Positions 49,345 to 62,446 of a stretch of 64,000 nt of DNA are shown one piece after another; the first letter of the stretch is position 1; each line of letters begins with the position of its first letter. Both the position numbers and the translations under genes were made by a program. The notes beneath the pieces were generated by a model that saw nothing but the letters and a program-made list of their open reading frames with translations, made no database searches and was not told the DNA's origin. The stretch is taken from NCBI RefSeq assembly GCF_964355755.1, contig NC_092670.1, positions 23,980,795 to 24,044,794 of the forward strand, read 5' to 3'. Source of the DNA: Antedon mediterranea. Its lineage: Eukaryota; Animalia; Echinodermata.

Positions 49345-50777
49345 CTAGATGGTACGCTCGCTTCGCTCGCGTACCATCTAGGTCGTGCCCACAGATGGTT
49401 CTCGAATACATACTAATTTCAGCGTTTAAAAAACTGGCGACTTCAAATGCACATGCAGGACAATAATACATGTTGTTTACAGGAACGAATAAATAGACAC
49501 AGTGATTTATGTACTCAACTAAAATTAGCACCCCGGGAATTACTTCCGAAAACGAAACTTGTCACAAAATAAGAAACAAACTGAATTTGTGTTTTGTATG
49601 TAACATTTGGGTTGAGGGATGGGGAAGAGGATGGATGCAAAGACGAACAATTTTTAAATATATTCTTTATCGATTTAGTAACGAAATATGAATTGTTTTC
49701 ATGTTTTACAAATAATATACCAGTAAACACAGTAAAACATTGCGATTTAATACTTTGTTGAAACTGTCACCGTCATAGTCGATTGAAATAGTACAGTACA
49801 TGTAACGATACATCACTAATACGACGTTTATATTTTTTTGAAGTTACATGATTACAAACGTTCAGAAGGAACTGTCAGTAATATATTAAACACCTCTATT
49901 CGGGGCAAATCGTAAATTCGCTTTAATCGTCAATAAATAATTATCTAACTCAACTTAATTAGTAGGCCTAATGGTTAATTGTTTCATAGAGCCAATTATG
50001 CTACCCACTACCCAACTTGTATTGAAAAGTTGTTCTGCGTTTAGGGCATGTACTGATCATTCGTACTGTAGGCCTGCCCTCTACTGGCTTTACGCTACTC
50101 ATGCCAGTGAGGGGAGGGTGGTGGTGTTGGTGGTGGTTTAGCTGCAATAATAAATTTGATTGTACATAATAGACGGCGACTGGAAAGGCTAGCTCATTAT
50201 GCGTTAAAAAAAAGATTCCACAGATTGGAAAAAAGTGTATCGAATTTCTGTTATGGCTGTACAGTACTTGTCTTTACGACGCCTGAGGGAATAGACACTT
50301 GTGGAATAGAGATTGGAATGTTCCATTTATCGCAGATCAAAACATTTGTATAAACGTATATTAAATCTATAAAAATAGTATTTTTTAAAGAAAATCGGCC
50401 TGTCTTCAACATTATGATGCTGTACTCGAGCTGTTCAACCGGTTTTCAGCTATTAAAAACAATTATTGTAGGAGGAGATAGGAAAATGCGAAGCATCCTC
50501 GCATTATTGTCTGCGGGTATTTTTCAAGTTGGACATCCATTAGACAGTGTATACCACGACCACGAAACACCCCTATTTGGGGCAAATCGTTGAACCTAAA
50601 TTCGTTTTAATTGTCAATAACTAATTATCTAACTCAATTTAATTAGTAAACATGGTTACATCAAATGGTTAAAATCAGTACCGAAAGTACGAACCAACTT
50701 TATATACCATCGAGTAAAAATTCTAGAAATAAACTGCGATTTACCGAATTTTGCCCTTACGTAAATTTATATATAGA
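49345..50777 (-). mobile_element. Non-autonomous Helitron, 1433 bp, in STUB1 intron 2
   Basis: Minus strand A|TCTATATATAAA ... CTAGATGGTACGC-GAGCGAAGCGA-GCGTACCATCTAG|T: 5' TC, 3' hairpin, CTAG end, inserted between A and T. Internal ~80-bp direct repeat at ~49890 and ~50567. Confidence 0.88.
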
Positions 50778-53700
50778 TTGCAATCCATAGATATTTTGAG
50801 TACATGCAGACTTCACCACAAAACTTAAATTAGCAATACTGTAGAACTCTTATAGAGGGACCCAACAAAGTGTCCCTTTAATAGACATGTCCACTGAATA
50901 AAGGTGAATTGTATATTGCCTCTTGCTCGTTTCACAGTTAATGGTCTGCCATTGCCAATGGCTTCTTTATCGTAATTACAATGGAATGTGTTCTTGACGT
51001 CATTTGGAGAAGGTACCTATACAGTCGGTGTGTTTCCCCACCCCCCCCCCAAAAAAAAAAAACCACAATAAAACAGGGTTTTATACTATTTTCAAATGGA
51101 ATTCAAAACTTGCGTGCTGTCATTACAACTGATTGAAACAGTCACACTACTTCACTTACACGAACAATAAAATTCAAGTAGCCATTTAATTAGAATAGAA
51201 CCATATTATTTCACAATAAGGTTTGGACCAGCCGCCGCCTTTTATGAACTGTACAATATTTAAGCAATCATCGCAAAACATCTGTGCAAATTTCATGTGT
51301 GGCTCGTCGTCTTTTTAATTAATTTATTAGATTAAATTTGTTTATTAAATTACCAAAATTGAATATATAGTGTGCAAAAAGTAAATTTTAAAAGTGTTTC
51401 TAATAGGAAGTGCGCGCAGTCCTGATTATTTCAAAACAGAAACACCAGAGATCCTGTTGCAAAGAATGTGATGCTCAGAAAAGATACAAAATACTGTACC
51501 TTGACATGTCCTACAATATGTGCTTTATATTATGATTGTATTAACAACTTTAAGTTTATTACCAAACTGAATATTTTTAGTAATCATACATTTGATTATT
51601 TGAAAATGTAATAGAGGGAAATTAAACCGAATCGGTTGGTTTGAACTTCTCACAGTAACTTATTGCAATGAAGGAATGAACACATTAAACCATCCAAAAC
51701 CTTGGAGTTACGGTAATATAATCATAGACGTATTCAGTGGCTGGAATATTGTTGTTAATAGGGGGATTGAACTGTAGATAGAAATTAGGGTCCACATCCT
51801 GTCACATAATCAGCAGGAATATGTACAATAATTAATATCTTGGGATACAGTACCTCATAATATTGTGAGACTTTAAAGCATTCAAGTGTATATACAGTAA
51901 ATTATTAAAAACCAAGTGAAAAACTAACCATTATAAACAAAACCAAGTTATGCAGATCACCCTTGTTGCTAACCATTTGACATTTCTGTCTATCCAAACA
52001 TGAACTACTGTACAGTACCGTAGTACACTGTAAACAACCAACTTTGATTTGGTAAGATTGTTTAGGTACCAATATTATTCTATTGCAGTAGTGCAGGCTA
52101 CATATTTTTACTACTGTATAATAATAGTGGATGACTTTAGTTAGTTTTAATGCATCAAGATTGAGGCAGTCACTGTAATTAACTGTAGGTATGTCATAAA
52201 CAGAAACCAAAAACTACCCCTATTGGATATTGGTTTTGTCACAAACCACGCCCTCTATGACAGTATCATAGTATATTTTTCAATGATTTTATCTAGCACC
52301 CTAACCCTAAAGCCAAAAGTGAAAAATTGCGGATTACTCATTCTTCTGTTTCTTTAGTTTACAGAAGAAGCAATTAATTCAATTAAAGTCAACAAAATCT
52401 TTCCCTTTTATTGATTATTAAAATCGATGTTCTTAGAAAGATATTTTTTAGTTTACTTAAAAAGCAGACAGACAAATTGTAAGAGCCAAGGTCATTATAA
52501 AATATCTCAAAATCTGTCTAGTTTTGTAAACAGAAAACTTTAATTTAATTAATTTAAACTTTCTAGATTATCTTAATAGAAAATAAATAAACTTTATTAA
52601 TGACTAACTTACAAGTATTTGATTGAATTGACTGCCGTCAGAAAGCCTGTAAAAACAAGTACATTAATATTACCATGATCAAGTCCTGCAAAAGAACTAC
52701 AGTAGAGAAAGTAACAGAATACAAGGGATACCTTCACTACATGACCCGTCTTTACTATGAGTGTCATGGGTAGGCCTTAATTATACAGGATATAATCACA
52801 GTGTGTAACGAAACATACAGTACAGTATTGCCTATAGAACATTAACATTCAGAATTTAATAAATAATTCAATTAATTAATATAGGCTATTAAAAATAATT
52901 CAAGTTTATGATTGTCCAGAGTTTCTCGCTACCATAATAATTATTGTTTTTTCTTAACTCCTAAAATTGTACATTTGGTATCAAACAGTAAAACAGAAAG
53001 TGAATATTATTTTACGATAGACGATAAAGCTTTTCTGAACTAACTTACAAAAAGTACCATTTTTTTATTTCCGTACCATATACAGTACTTTGCTACAGAC
53101 AATCATAATTGTAAATATAATTTTCAGAATTGAACATTTCCATGGAAAATTATACAAAAACAATAATATAAAGAGCTCTCTCACCAAATAGCATTTTGTC
53201 AAACACTATTTTTTGGCCGGATATATATACCTCAAGCGAAAAGTTGTTGGTTTTTATATTCCCGACATGATAGTCCGATGTAAATTGACCAGTAATGCTG
53301 CTACTGCTGCTGTAGCATTTTGTATGCCTGTGACTGAACAACAATTACAATTAGTAGGAAAATTTGTACTCCGGGAGAATTTTAACTATTAAAAATGTTA
53401 CCTGACCATGCCAAGACTTGATCCCAATACCTTCAGCTTGAATGATATACAGCACCCAGGATGCAACGTCATAGCAATTTTGATCATAACATTCACTGAT
53501 ATGAAATTTAACCTTGAGCAATAAGAGAAATGTTTTATTGTATGAAATTTTGCAAGTATTTTCATGCAATAAATTTATGACTTTTAGAGAGTTATAAAGT
53601 ATGTCTAAATCCAAACTTAATTGAGACATTCTCCAAGAGATTGCCAGTGAATTATCTCATAACCATTTTGTTATCATGATTTTATCCACAGTTGATTGAA

Positions 53701-53807
53701 ATTGAAGACTGTTCAAAAGTTCATGATTCTTTTTATTTACTTATTTTATATCCAATATAAAGCGAAAAGGCTATTTCAGATTTATTTTGCATCCATTAAA
53801 ATATAAA

Positions 53808-54029
53808 GGTCGCAGTGAGTGGCAGAGTGGTTACAGTAGATATGGTCACTGTAAAACAGCCATAATAGCATCACATGTTCAAAGCCCTTCTCCATCATGC
53901 AGTAGTTCTGGTTGTAGACAACAAGTCTTTTCGGTTTAAGCTCTTAAAATTAGAGGGCCGTTGTACACTGGTTCGTTTGCACTTTGAAGAACCTAGTGCA
54001 TTTTTGGAAAGAGTAGGGTTTAGCCTGGC
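53808..54029 (+). mobile_element. tRNA-headed SINE with Deu/Nin-like central domain (diverged, interrupted)
   Basis: A box TGGCAGAGTGG and B-box-like GTTCAAAGCCC, then GTCTTTTCGG..TAAG..TTAAAA..GAGGGCCG...GCACTTTGAAGAACC..GTGCA..TTGGAAAGAGTAGGG, which matches the Deu/Nin consensus as I recall it. Confidence 0.65.
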
Positions 54030-54156
54030 CAGTGGAGTAAGGTTTAGCACCTCCACACTGGGTAGTTGCATTGGGCTGCTCATACTCTGGGCCCTTGAGC
54101 TCGTGGGCCCCTATGTTTAGCCAGCGAGTGCTCAAGTCATAGTCGTTACGCCACTG
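54030..54156. mobile_element. 127-bp hAT MITE inserted into the SINE
   Basis: TIRs CAGTGGAGTAA / TTACGCCACTG; 8-bp target duplication AGCCTGGC / AGCCTGTC (7 of 8 match). Confidence 0.85.
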
Positions 54157-54830
54157 AGCCTGTCATTTTCAACCTTTGTAGTTTATCACTATGTTGGGTT
54201 ATCATTCCTTTTGTTTTCTATTATTTAATCTACCTTTACCAGTTGAAAAACTTTGGTACAGAACCTTTAAGGGTAGACTTGCATAGCCAGGGAAGAGTGA
54301 AATTATCTTCCCTGTCCCGGTAAAACATGTCCTAATGGGACAAAAAAGAATTAGCTAAATATACATACAAAATTACTAAAGAACCAAAGAAAAAGTAAGG
54401 ACAAATAGAATGTTATTTCATATTGCATCCATTGCAACAATTAATGCATGGTTTACTATAATTAATTAATCAGTCATTTATTTTACATGTATCGACGGAA
54501 ATTAATGCAAATTTATGCATATTAAAATGCAGATGTACAATTAATTCTAATTTGGTAAAGTCGCTATATGGTATCTAAGAATTAACGCTAATTAAATTAA
54601 ACTATTTAACTTTATCAAAATGTATGTATTTTTCCCTAAATGAATTACAGTAAAAGATAAATTGATTGAATTTGAGTTAAATGAACTTTCAAAGAGTTAT
54701 ATCTAATAAGCTTCTTCGAATTGTTATTAGTAAGACTGTACTCTTAGTGGCATGTTTGGAATATAGAGTGACTATTCTATTATCCAATCAGATGACATGT
54801 GTCTAAGTGTGAACCTGCTTTAATGCTATT

Positions 54831-54918
54831 AAAGCTTGGTTCACACTGGGATACAACAACATGGGGGAACAACATAAGTGATGTGATTACGTCATTGCAT
54901 TGCGTGTGAACCAAGCTT
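54831..54918. mobile_element. Short MITE family A relative
   Basis: AAGCTTGGTTCACAC ... GTGTGAACCAAGCTT, perfect 15-bp inverted termini. Confidence 0.75.
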
Positions 54919-56528
54919 TGTTGCATATCATTTACAGTATTTGATTATCAACTTCATATTGCAAAGTATTGAATTTTATCATAATTTAATTGCTACATGT
55001 TATACTACTATACCTAAAGTTGATTGAATATTTTGGATTTTTTTGGTTTTCTGTACTTTACTTGCAACAAAGCATTAAATAATCAGTTCAAAGTTACTTA
55101 GTAAACAACACAAATGAATTACATTATCATTTTTTTAATATATTTAAATTGGAAATTCATTTTTCTTTTTTATTTGAAACTCAGTGTTTATGGTAAAGTT
55201 GTATTGTATTCATATCCAATGAGTGGTTAATATCAATTTCATGCAATGTTATACTTTATTTTTTTGACAAACCTGTGTCAATGAATTACAGATTGATTTT
55301 GCTTATTACCATTTTAGATACCTTTCTTTCATTGCTGGAATCTTTTGTTAATATTTTTGGACAAATTGATCTGGAAGTACTCACTCTAAGGTCAATTTGT
55401 GTTGTTATTTTGATATCATTTAGATGACAAATCATAATTTAATTCTTTTAATTTATAAACAAACAATTGTGAAAGAGCATTGCAACAACATATTTAAATT
55501 TGGGGGGAAATCAAGCCAGAATATGTGAATACTGTATGACATACTGAAAAGGTTGAAATCCAATTTTACAATTTAGATATTCAACTTATTGGCTCCCATT
55601 ATTGGGGGTCACCCTTCATTCTGTGGGGTATCATAGGGCGCATATATAACATGTCACTATTACACGTATTCAACACGCCTACCAAAAGTGTGTTAAGTGT
55701 GTTAATTAACATTGAAGAGATTCCGTGTTGAATTTTAACACGCCTTTAATTTTTAGGAATAAATATGTTATTTTGTATGAAAAGATCACCAAAAACCTCT
55801 TCCTGTTTTGTTTTGTGTGCTCTTATAACTTACAATTACATAGTTTATTTTATAAAGTTTTTATCCATAGGTTCAAAAGGTCATGAGGAGGAAGGGCCAG
55901 CTTTTAAGTTTCCTTATGTCAATTCATACAGTACTATAATTATTATTTTTATGATATCGGTTTTCAAGTTAAAGATGACTTTATGTATTCCAAAGATATT
56001 CAAATGGATTTGATAATGTGAATTGTAATCAATTTACGGAAGAAGTTCACAGTAATTAAGGTCATTGACGATAATAAATGATAATGATGATTTATCGCGA
56101 AGGATACTTGTGAGCGATCATTGTCAGTCCATTCGCAAGCCATTGAAACTGGGCACAAGTTTGATCGTTAAATCGAAAATTGAGTTACGAATTATACAGA
56201 TGATCATTTTCAATCTGAAATGGATGAGTTTAGTGTAATATCTTATTTTAGATTTATATTTATGTTTGCTAATGACAGTTCATGACCACTGGAAATTAGA
56301 CCTTTTCAACCGTGAATTTCCACGCTTATCCGGCTCAAAACATCGTTTCTTTCCTGGTGGTCAATTTATTGTTATTTAAACATAATCAGTATTGGTTCTT
56401 AGCAATATTGCTGGTAAAAATAAGGAACCACATATCAAAAAAAATATTCTACTGCAGTTACTACTCTACATTGTTTTGTTTACCGTTAAATCTCTTTATG
56501 CAATTAAGTAGCAAGCATTTAGCTTGCT

Positions 56529-56862
56529 CAGTGGTGTAACTGTAACGCAGGAGAACACAGCCTCTGGTTTAGCCTTCCTAAAGGGGCCCTCCAACGCTGG
56601 GTAGTTTGATTGGGGCTGTAGGCCCTAGTTTCACACTCCTACTTTATTAGGGGTCCCCCAAAGCTGGGTAGTTGCATTGGGGCTGCAGGCCCTAGTTTAG
56701 CACTTCCTATTTAAGGGACCCTCCAATGCTGGGTAGTTGTATTGGGGCTGTAGGCCCTAGTTTCGCACTCCTACTGTATTTAAGGGTCCCCCCAAAGCTG
56801 GGTAGTTGCATTGGGGCTGCAGCCCTAGTTTAGCATTCTTATTAGGGCCCCTCCAAAGCTGT
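56529..56862. repeat. GC-rich ~62-68 bp minisatellite (4.5 units, alternating A/B) behind a hAT-type terminus
   Basis: CAGTGGTGTAAC at 56529; units AGGG..CC(T/C)CCAA.GCTGGGTAGTTG(C)ATTGGGGCTG(T/C)AGGCCCTAGTTT..CA. Confidence 0.9.
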
Positions 56863-58041
56863 GATTCAGACCCTGATTTTACTGTGAGCAAATGATAACC
56901 AATTAATAATTATGTGAATTAATACCCCAATTTTTTTGTGAGCATTAATTTCAAATGTCCAACTCAACAAAAATGTAAATAGTACCTCTATATGAATATT
57001 TATTTATTTAATTTATTCGGTATATTAAAAATACAGCCAACTACAAAACGATAGTCAAGGACTGAAAAGAATTGCAATACAATATATTAAAAATTAGTTG
57101 AAATTGCTATAAAAATAGAAACATCCTATTAAAATTAAATATCGTACCATGAATTAAGAAAACCTACATGAATAAAATACCTCAAAACATTCACTTATTA
57201 TGACATCACAAGTGACAAGCTCCCCAATATTATAAAGTACAAAAACAATGTACTTATTACTAGTATTACTAATAGTATATTAAAAACACTCAATACAGTA
57301 TACATTGTTTATTATACTGTAGGCAGAACAAGGCATAAAATAAATTATATAAGGTACGTGTCGTTATATAATTTAGGACTTATGGAAAAAAGAATATGAT
57401 AGTTGATACTGTAAGTAAACAGATTTGAATTGATAAATAATCAGACTAATAACGTGTAGAGATCGTGTATTAAAAAACTAATATATTTCTGGAGATAATG
57501 AAGGAGAAATACATTTCAGATTGAATAAAAATTGTAATTAATATTCATCTGTTTTGATAAATAACCTTCGGGGTTTTCATTAACGCCATTAAGCGTTAAT
57601 TCCATTTTGCTAATCACCGACATCTTGAAAATGAATTCATCAGTACAGTCATTAATTAAACATGGCTTAAGCTTTGACCATAATAATCTTTAAATCAAAT
57701 TTATAGATTTGAGTGCTTTAGTCCGATTCCTTGAGGTATTGTCATAAAACAGCGTTATGTAAGCTAGTAAGTTTAAAGTTGTAATCAAAATAACTTTATT
57801 GAAAATGGAAAACTTAATGTTTACTATAGTGTTTAAAAAAAATCAGTTTTAGTATACAAAACTATTTACAAAAAAAAACAGCCAACAATTAAAAGTACAG
57901 GTTATCATATTTTTTTTTAATAAGTCCTAAATTATATAAGACACTTTATATAAAAGTTGAAAGGTGTTTAAAAATTAAAGTTGCAATTAAATAAACTTAA
58001 TTGATAAAATGAGAAAAATTAAGTTATTGGCTTAATAATAA

Positions 58042-58420
58042 TTTCATTTCATTTCACATTTATTCAATTAATGAAAACTTAAACAATGTAAACAATATAA
58101 ACAAATAAAGATTTCATTAATTAGGATCAGACAAGGCCTGTCTCCGAAAGACCCAACAAAACATATAACAAAATAAAATTGATACAAATTAGGTAAAAGT
58201 GGCATAATAATACATTTTATAAATGATAATTTTCCAAATAATTGAACTTAATTCGATATCTTAATATTTTTGCATTTTCAAAATTGTTTAGATTCTCTTT
58301 TAAGTTATTCCATAATTTAGGTCCATGAACTGTAATAAAGATATGATTTGTACATGGAAGTGTTGCGAGTCTTTCGCATTGTTAAATAAAAATAGATTGG
58401 AGGTAAAAAAAAAATGCTTA
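58042..58420 (-). mobile_element. 3' end remnant of a CR1/L2-group LINE
   Basis: Minus strand encodes ...TRNTS... and HGPKLWNNL (ORF2 C-terminus); ends AATAAA TGTG(AAATG)n. Confidence 0.7.
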
Positions 58421-58668
58421 TCAGATATAAAAATTGTTAATTGTATCTGTTTTATTTAAATTACAGTCCCTTGCTACAGTTATTACATAAACAATAATTG
58501 TCTTTAAACTGTGCCACACAGTAATTGTAATAAAAAAAAAAGTTTTTAGGTTTATTAGACACATCCTGATAGTGATTCATTTACAGTAGTAAATAAAAAA
58601 AAAGAAGAAAATTACTAATTTGCAAGCAGTTTCGCTGCAAGAACTAGTTATGAAATCGGTACAGGTTC

Positions 58669-58810
58669 AGAGCTCTTTCTACACTATCAAACTAGTTTGA
58701 CAAAAAAAGTGATGTGCCCAAATATGTTAGTGAAATGCCCAAATATGGTAGTGAAATGACATCATCATGGTCATATATGGGCACAAGTTTGATAATGATA
58801 ATGTAGATTT
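58669..58810. mobile_element. MITE family B copy (reverse orientation, right end damaged)
   Basis: AGAGCTCTTTCTACACTATCAAACTAGTTTGACAAAAAAAGTGATGTGCCCAAATATG...CATATATGGGCACAAGTTTGATA. Confidence 0.85.
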
Positions 58811-61800
58811 TAGTTATGGTGGTAGAAACACAGTGTTATCAGGAGTTTAAAGTTGTCCTATGCTGGAGAACGGAGCAGTGTAAATGGTTCCTCAGCTTCT
58901 TCATGCTTTGATTATCTTTAGGATTCAATGGATAATTTTTGTGTGTAATGTATTTAGAAACATTGCAAAAAGGCATTATATAATAAGACTACCATTATAT
59001 AATAAGACTACCATTATTATTATGTGCAAAAGAATGTACGTCTTTCGAAGGAGTAAGTGGGCTTATTCACCTTTTTCTCTGTCGAAAGATCACCAGCGAC
59101 TGCTCAACACAAATTTACCTCGAGTTGAAAGTTATGCGTCATCTACAATAGGCACATTATGGAGTTTTCAAATTGCAGTGGCCCAAGACCTTGCATTGAT
59201 GTGTTGCCAGTCATCATCTGGATCTCAAAAGCTGCCTATCCCACTTGTGTCAAGGCGCACATGACCAGCAAGTAAAATAAAATCTAAAGTGTTGATTAAA
59301 TAAAGATTAGGATAAAAAGTAATTTTAATTTAGCAGACACTTACAGTACTGGAGGTTTTGAACAATGTTGATTTTGTTTCATAGCTGCTGTTGTCGTCAA
59401 TTAGTCTTGGCTTTGGCCAAAATATGAACTATACATAGCATTACATAACTGCAAGAAAAATGTGCTTGACATGATTGGAAATACAGTCTTGTTTTGATTG
59501 GATCACGCCAAGTTCCACATACAGTAGAAGAGTCAAGCTGTACTACTTTTGTATTGTGGTTTACAAACAAGACTATCTGTTTAAATAATTTCATCTGCCT
59601 TCAAAGTTAATTGTGTGTACCAAAAAATTAAATTAAATGTAATCAGATTGAAATGTCACAGTACATATATTTTATTTTTTGATTTACACACATTAAACTT
59701 TCCTTGCCTATCATCTATCATCTAGGTTTATTTTAAAAAACTGTTTTACTATAATTACTGCAGTAATTATATAATTTGAATGATTGTCTTTGTCAAGGTT
59801 TCTGTTTTCCAATCAGATTTTTTTATAATTACTGTAGAATCTCTCAGACGAAGACTGTGTGTTTCTTAAGTAAATATGATAGTGTTCTAATTAATGCCGC
59901 ATCAAATTAATAAGAATAATACTGTAAGTATCTCTCACTCAGTATTTTATTAAAAATATTGAAAATTTACAATTCCAAGCTTACAGTAATTGCATTCACT
60001 CAACAATTTTTTTACAACTTTACATTTGGTTTGTGACCTTCACAATTGTATGATGACGTCAACTATATGTTGCAAATTGCATACTTGAAACAGGTTTTCT
60101 ATAAGTTACTGTCATAACATATTCTATATTTATAAAAATTGTCTTTCCTAATATTGAAAATCTTGTACAAAAACAACTTTCTGTTCTTTCAACATCTTTT
60201 TTTCTTTTGGATAATTTAGTGTTCATTGTGTGAACTTTATAACATTTACAGCTTTTTAAATGGGATTTTCAGAAATACTGATAATGGTATATTTCTCTCA
60301 CCATATCAGATACTTTCTGTAAACATTCAAAAGAGTGAGCTGATTAGGAAAAAAACTCAAAGCTAAAAAAAAACATCCCCAGATATCAACTTTTGCTTTA
60401 GTTGATTTTTTTATCTGATTTGTAAATACTTGCAACATTGTAGTTTTTTTTATGATATTTTATTTACCATGGTATGCTCAGAGCAATCTTAAGTTTGTAT
60501 ACTTTATGACTTTTTTTTTGTTGACATTTTGTGGAATATATTTTGATACAATCCAATCCACAATCGTGGAGATATATTTAACTAAATATATTTTGAATTG
60601 AAATGTAGTTATCTTTACTAAAGTAATTTCACCTTTGTGAAACTCAGATTAATATTAATAAAGCAAGGCTATACGTAAACCATTGTGCTTTTATGATCTA
60701 AAGTGTACAGTATACAGTCACTGCTGTTAGTAGATGCATTATGACACTCACAATGCATGTGTGTATTAATTGATGCTATTATCTTTATTTATCTTAAACT
60801 ACCTTTATGAAGGCTGCTCCTTCAGTTCTGTTCTCCACTTTTTTGTAATATCATAAATTTCAATCGTGGTAAACAATGGCCTTTAAAGTCGGTCTCCTAC
60901 ATCATAAAAGTGTTTTCACTTTAAAATACATATTTTAATACCTTTTGCAACAGTAGTACTACTACTAGTACTAACCAATCAGTATTGAATCCTATTATTA
61001 AAACCATAAGAAAATTCAATAAGAGTAATGTCAAAATGTTTACTGTTTACTTTAGTAGATACACTTTTTCACTGCAATAACTTATGAATTTAGTCATTGC
61101 AATAAACATTATTTAAACCAAATAAGTGAATAAACAGCTTAACAAATGTAGTTACTGCAGTAACTACAATAGAATAATTCTAACATGGTCCTTAATCTAA
61201 AATAAAATATAATAAATAATATAAATAAATACCAAAACAATGCATTCAAAGAGCAAAGGAAAATAAACAAATGGAAAACACAGACAGACATGAAAACTAC
61301 TGTTAATAAAACATGCTTATATTTATTGTGTTTGTTAATTTTATAACGTAGAAGCCATGCAGAACCATCTACAGTAGATTAGTAAATAATATTATTAAAA
61401 TACATGGTATTATTTGTTGAAAAGCATTTTACCCCAAAACAAAAATGAATTTCTTTGGTTTCTATTAATAGATTACTAATTCTATTTAATCAAACTATCA
61501 GATTGTTTTATTGTCCGTATGTTTATTTATTTAATAGTGGAAATCTATTTTTAGATGTTTTAATGATAACAATCCATACATGTAGCTTTAAGAATTACAG
61601 GAGTTTCTGCTATTGACTTTTAATTAGTCAAATAAATATAGATTTTGTTATATTAAAAACATGTTTGTGTTTAGAGTTCGAACTTACTTTCTCTATTCAT
61701 ATTTATGCTTGTTGGTAATTAGAGATTTCATGCTTTTTATGTTAATTGTTATTTAAAAAATTTTGATTTGTGTGAACTCCCTTTCTTAGATTTATTAGTT

Positions 61801-62280
61801 AATCTTGTTTGAATTCATGCTATTATGAGAGCACATTTGGATCTTACATTGATTTCTCAAAAATATACAATATATTTTTACTTGTGCACGTTTCAAAGTA
61901 TGTTAAGTGTTGTAACTGTTGCAGTAAAATTATAATTTTTAACATGGAGTTTCACATTATCTATATAAAAAAGCTAAATTTGTCATAGATGATGGAATTA
62001 ATTCTTCGGTCTAATTTTCACAAATTCTTGATTTCAGAATGCAATTTTTAAATAATGTACTGTATTTTGGAACCTTTCTTAAGATAATGTTTATATCAAG
62101 AACAGTTTTGGAAAATTAAATAGCATAGTACTGCCAAACATGGACAAATGAACCAAATGCATCAGTCTGACAAACGTTCCATGTCTCGCACGTGGTGATC
62201 AAAGATTGTGTTTGTTTGATTGGCACTTGTGCTAATATTTTGTCCATGCTCCAAATCATTTATTGCATTATATTTTTCAG

Positions 62281-62446
62281 CTAATGACTTAGCTAAAGAA
62301 CAAAAACTTAACTATGGTGACGACATCACAAGTGCTTTAAGAATGGCCAAAAAGAAACGTTGGAATGTCTTAGAAGAAAAGAGGATACAACAAGAAATAG
62401 AACTACAAAGCTACCTCAATGAATTAATGTTAGAAGATAGAGAAAG
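62281..62446 (+). CDS. STUB1: CHIP coding exon 3 (helical hairpin), 166 nt
   Basis: TATTTTTCAG|CT; (A)[54 protein letters not shown](R); donor AG|GTTTGT, phase 2. Confidence 0.96.

Noticed and set aside
58884-59264. 126-aa ATG ORF in STUB1 intron 2; faint minus-strand LAGHVR (RTE-like)
   Set aside because: No recognisable domain, it spans a 19-bp local duplication, and the RTE resemblance is too short to support.
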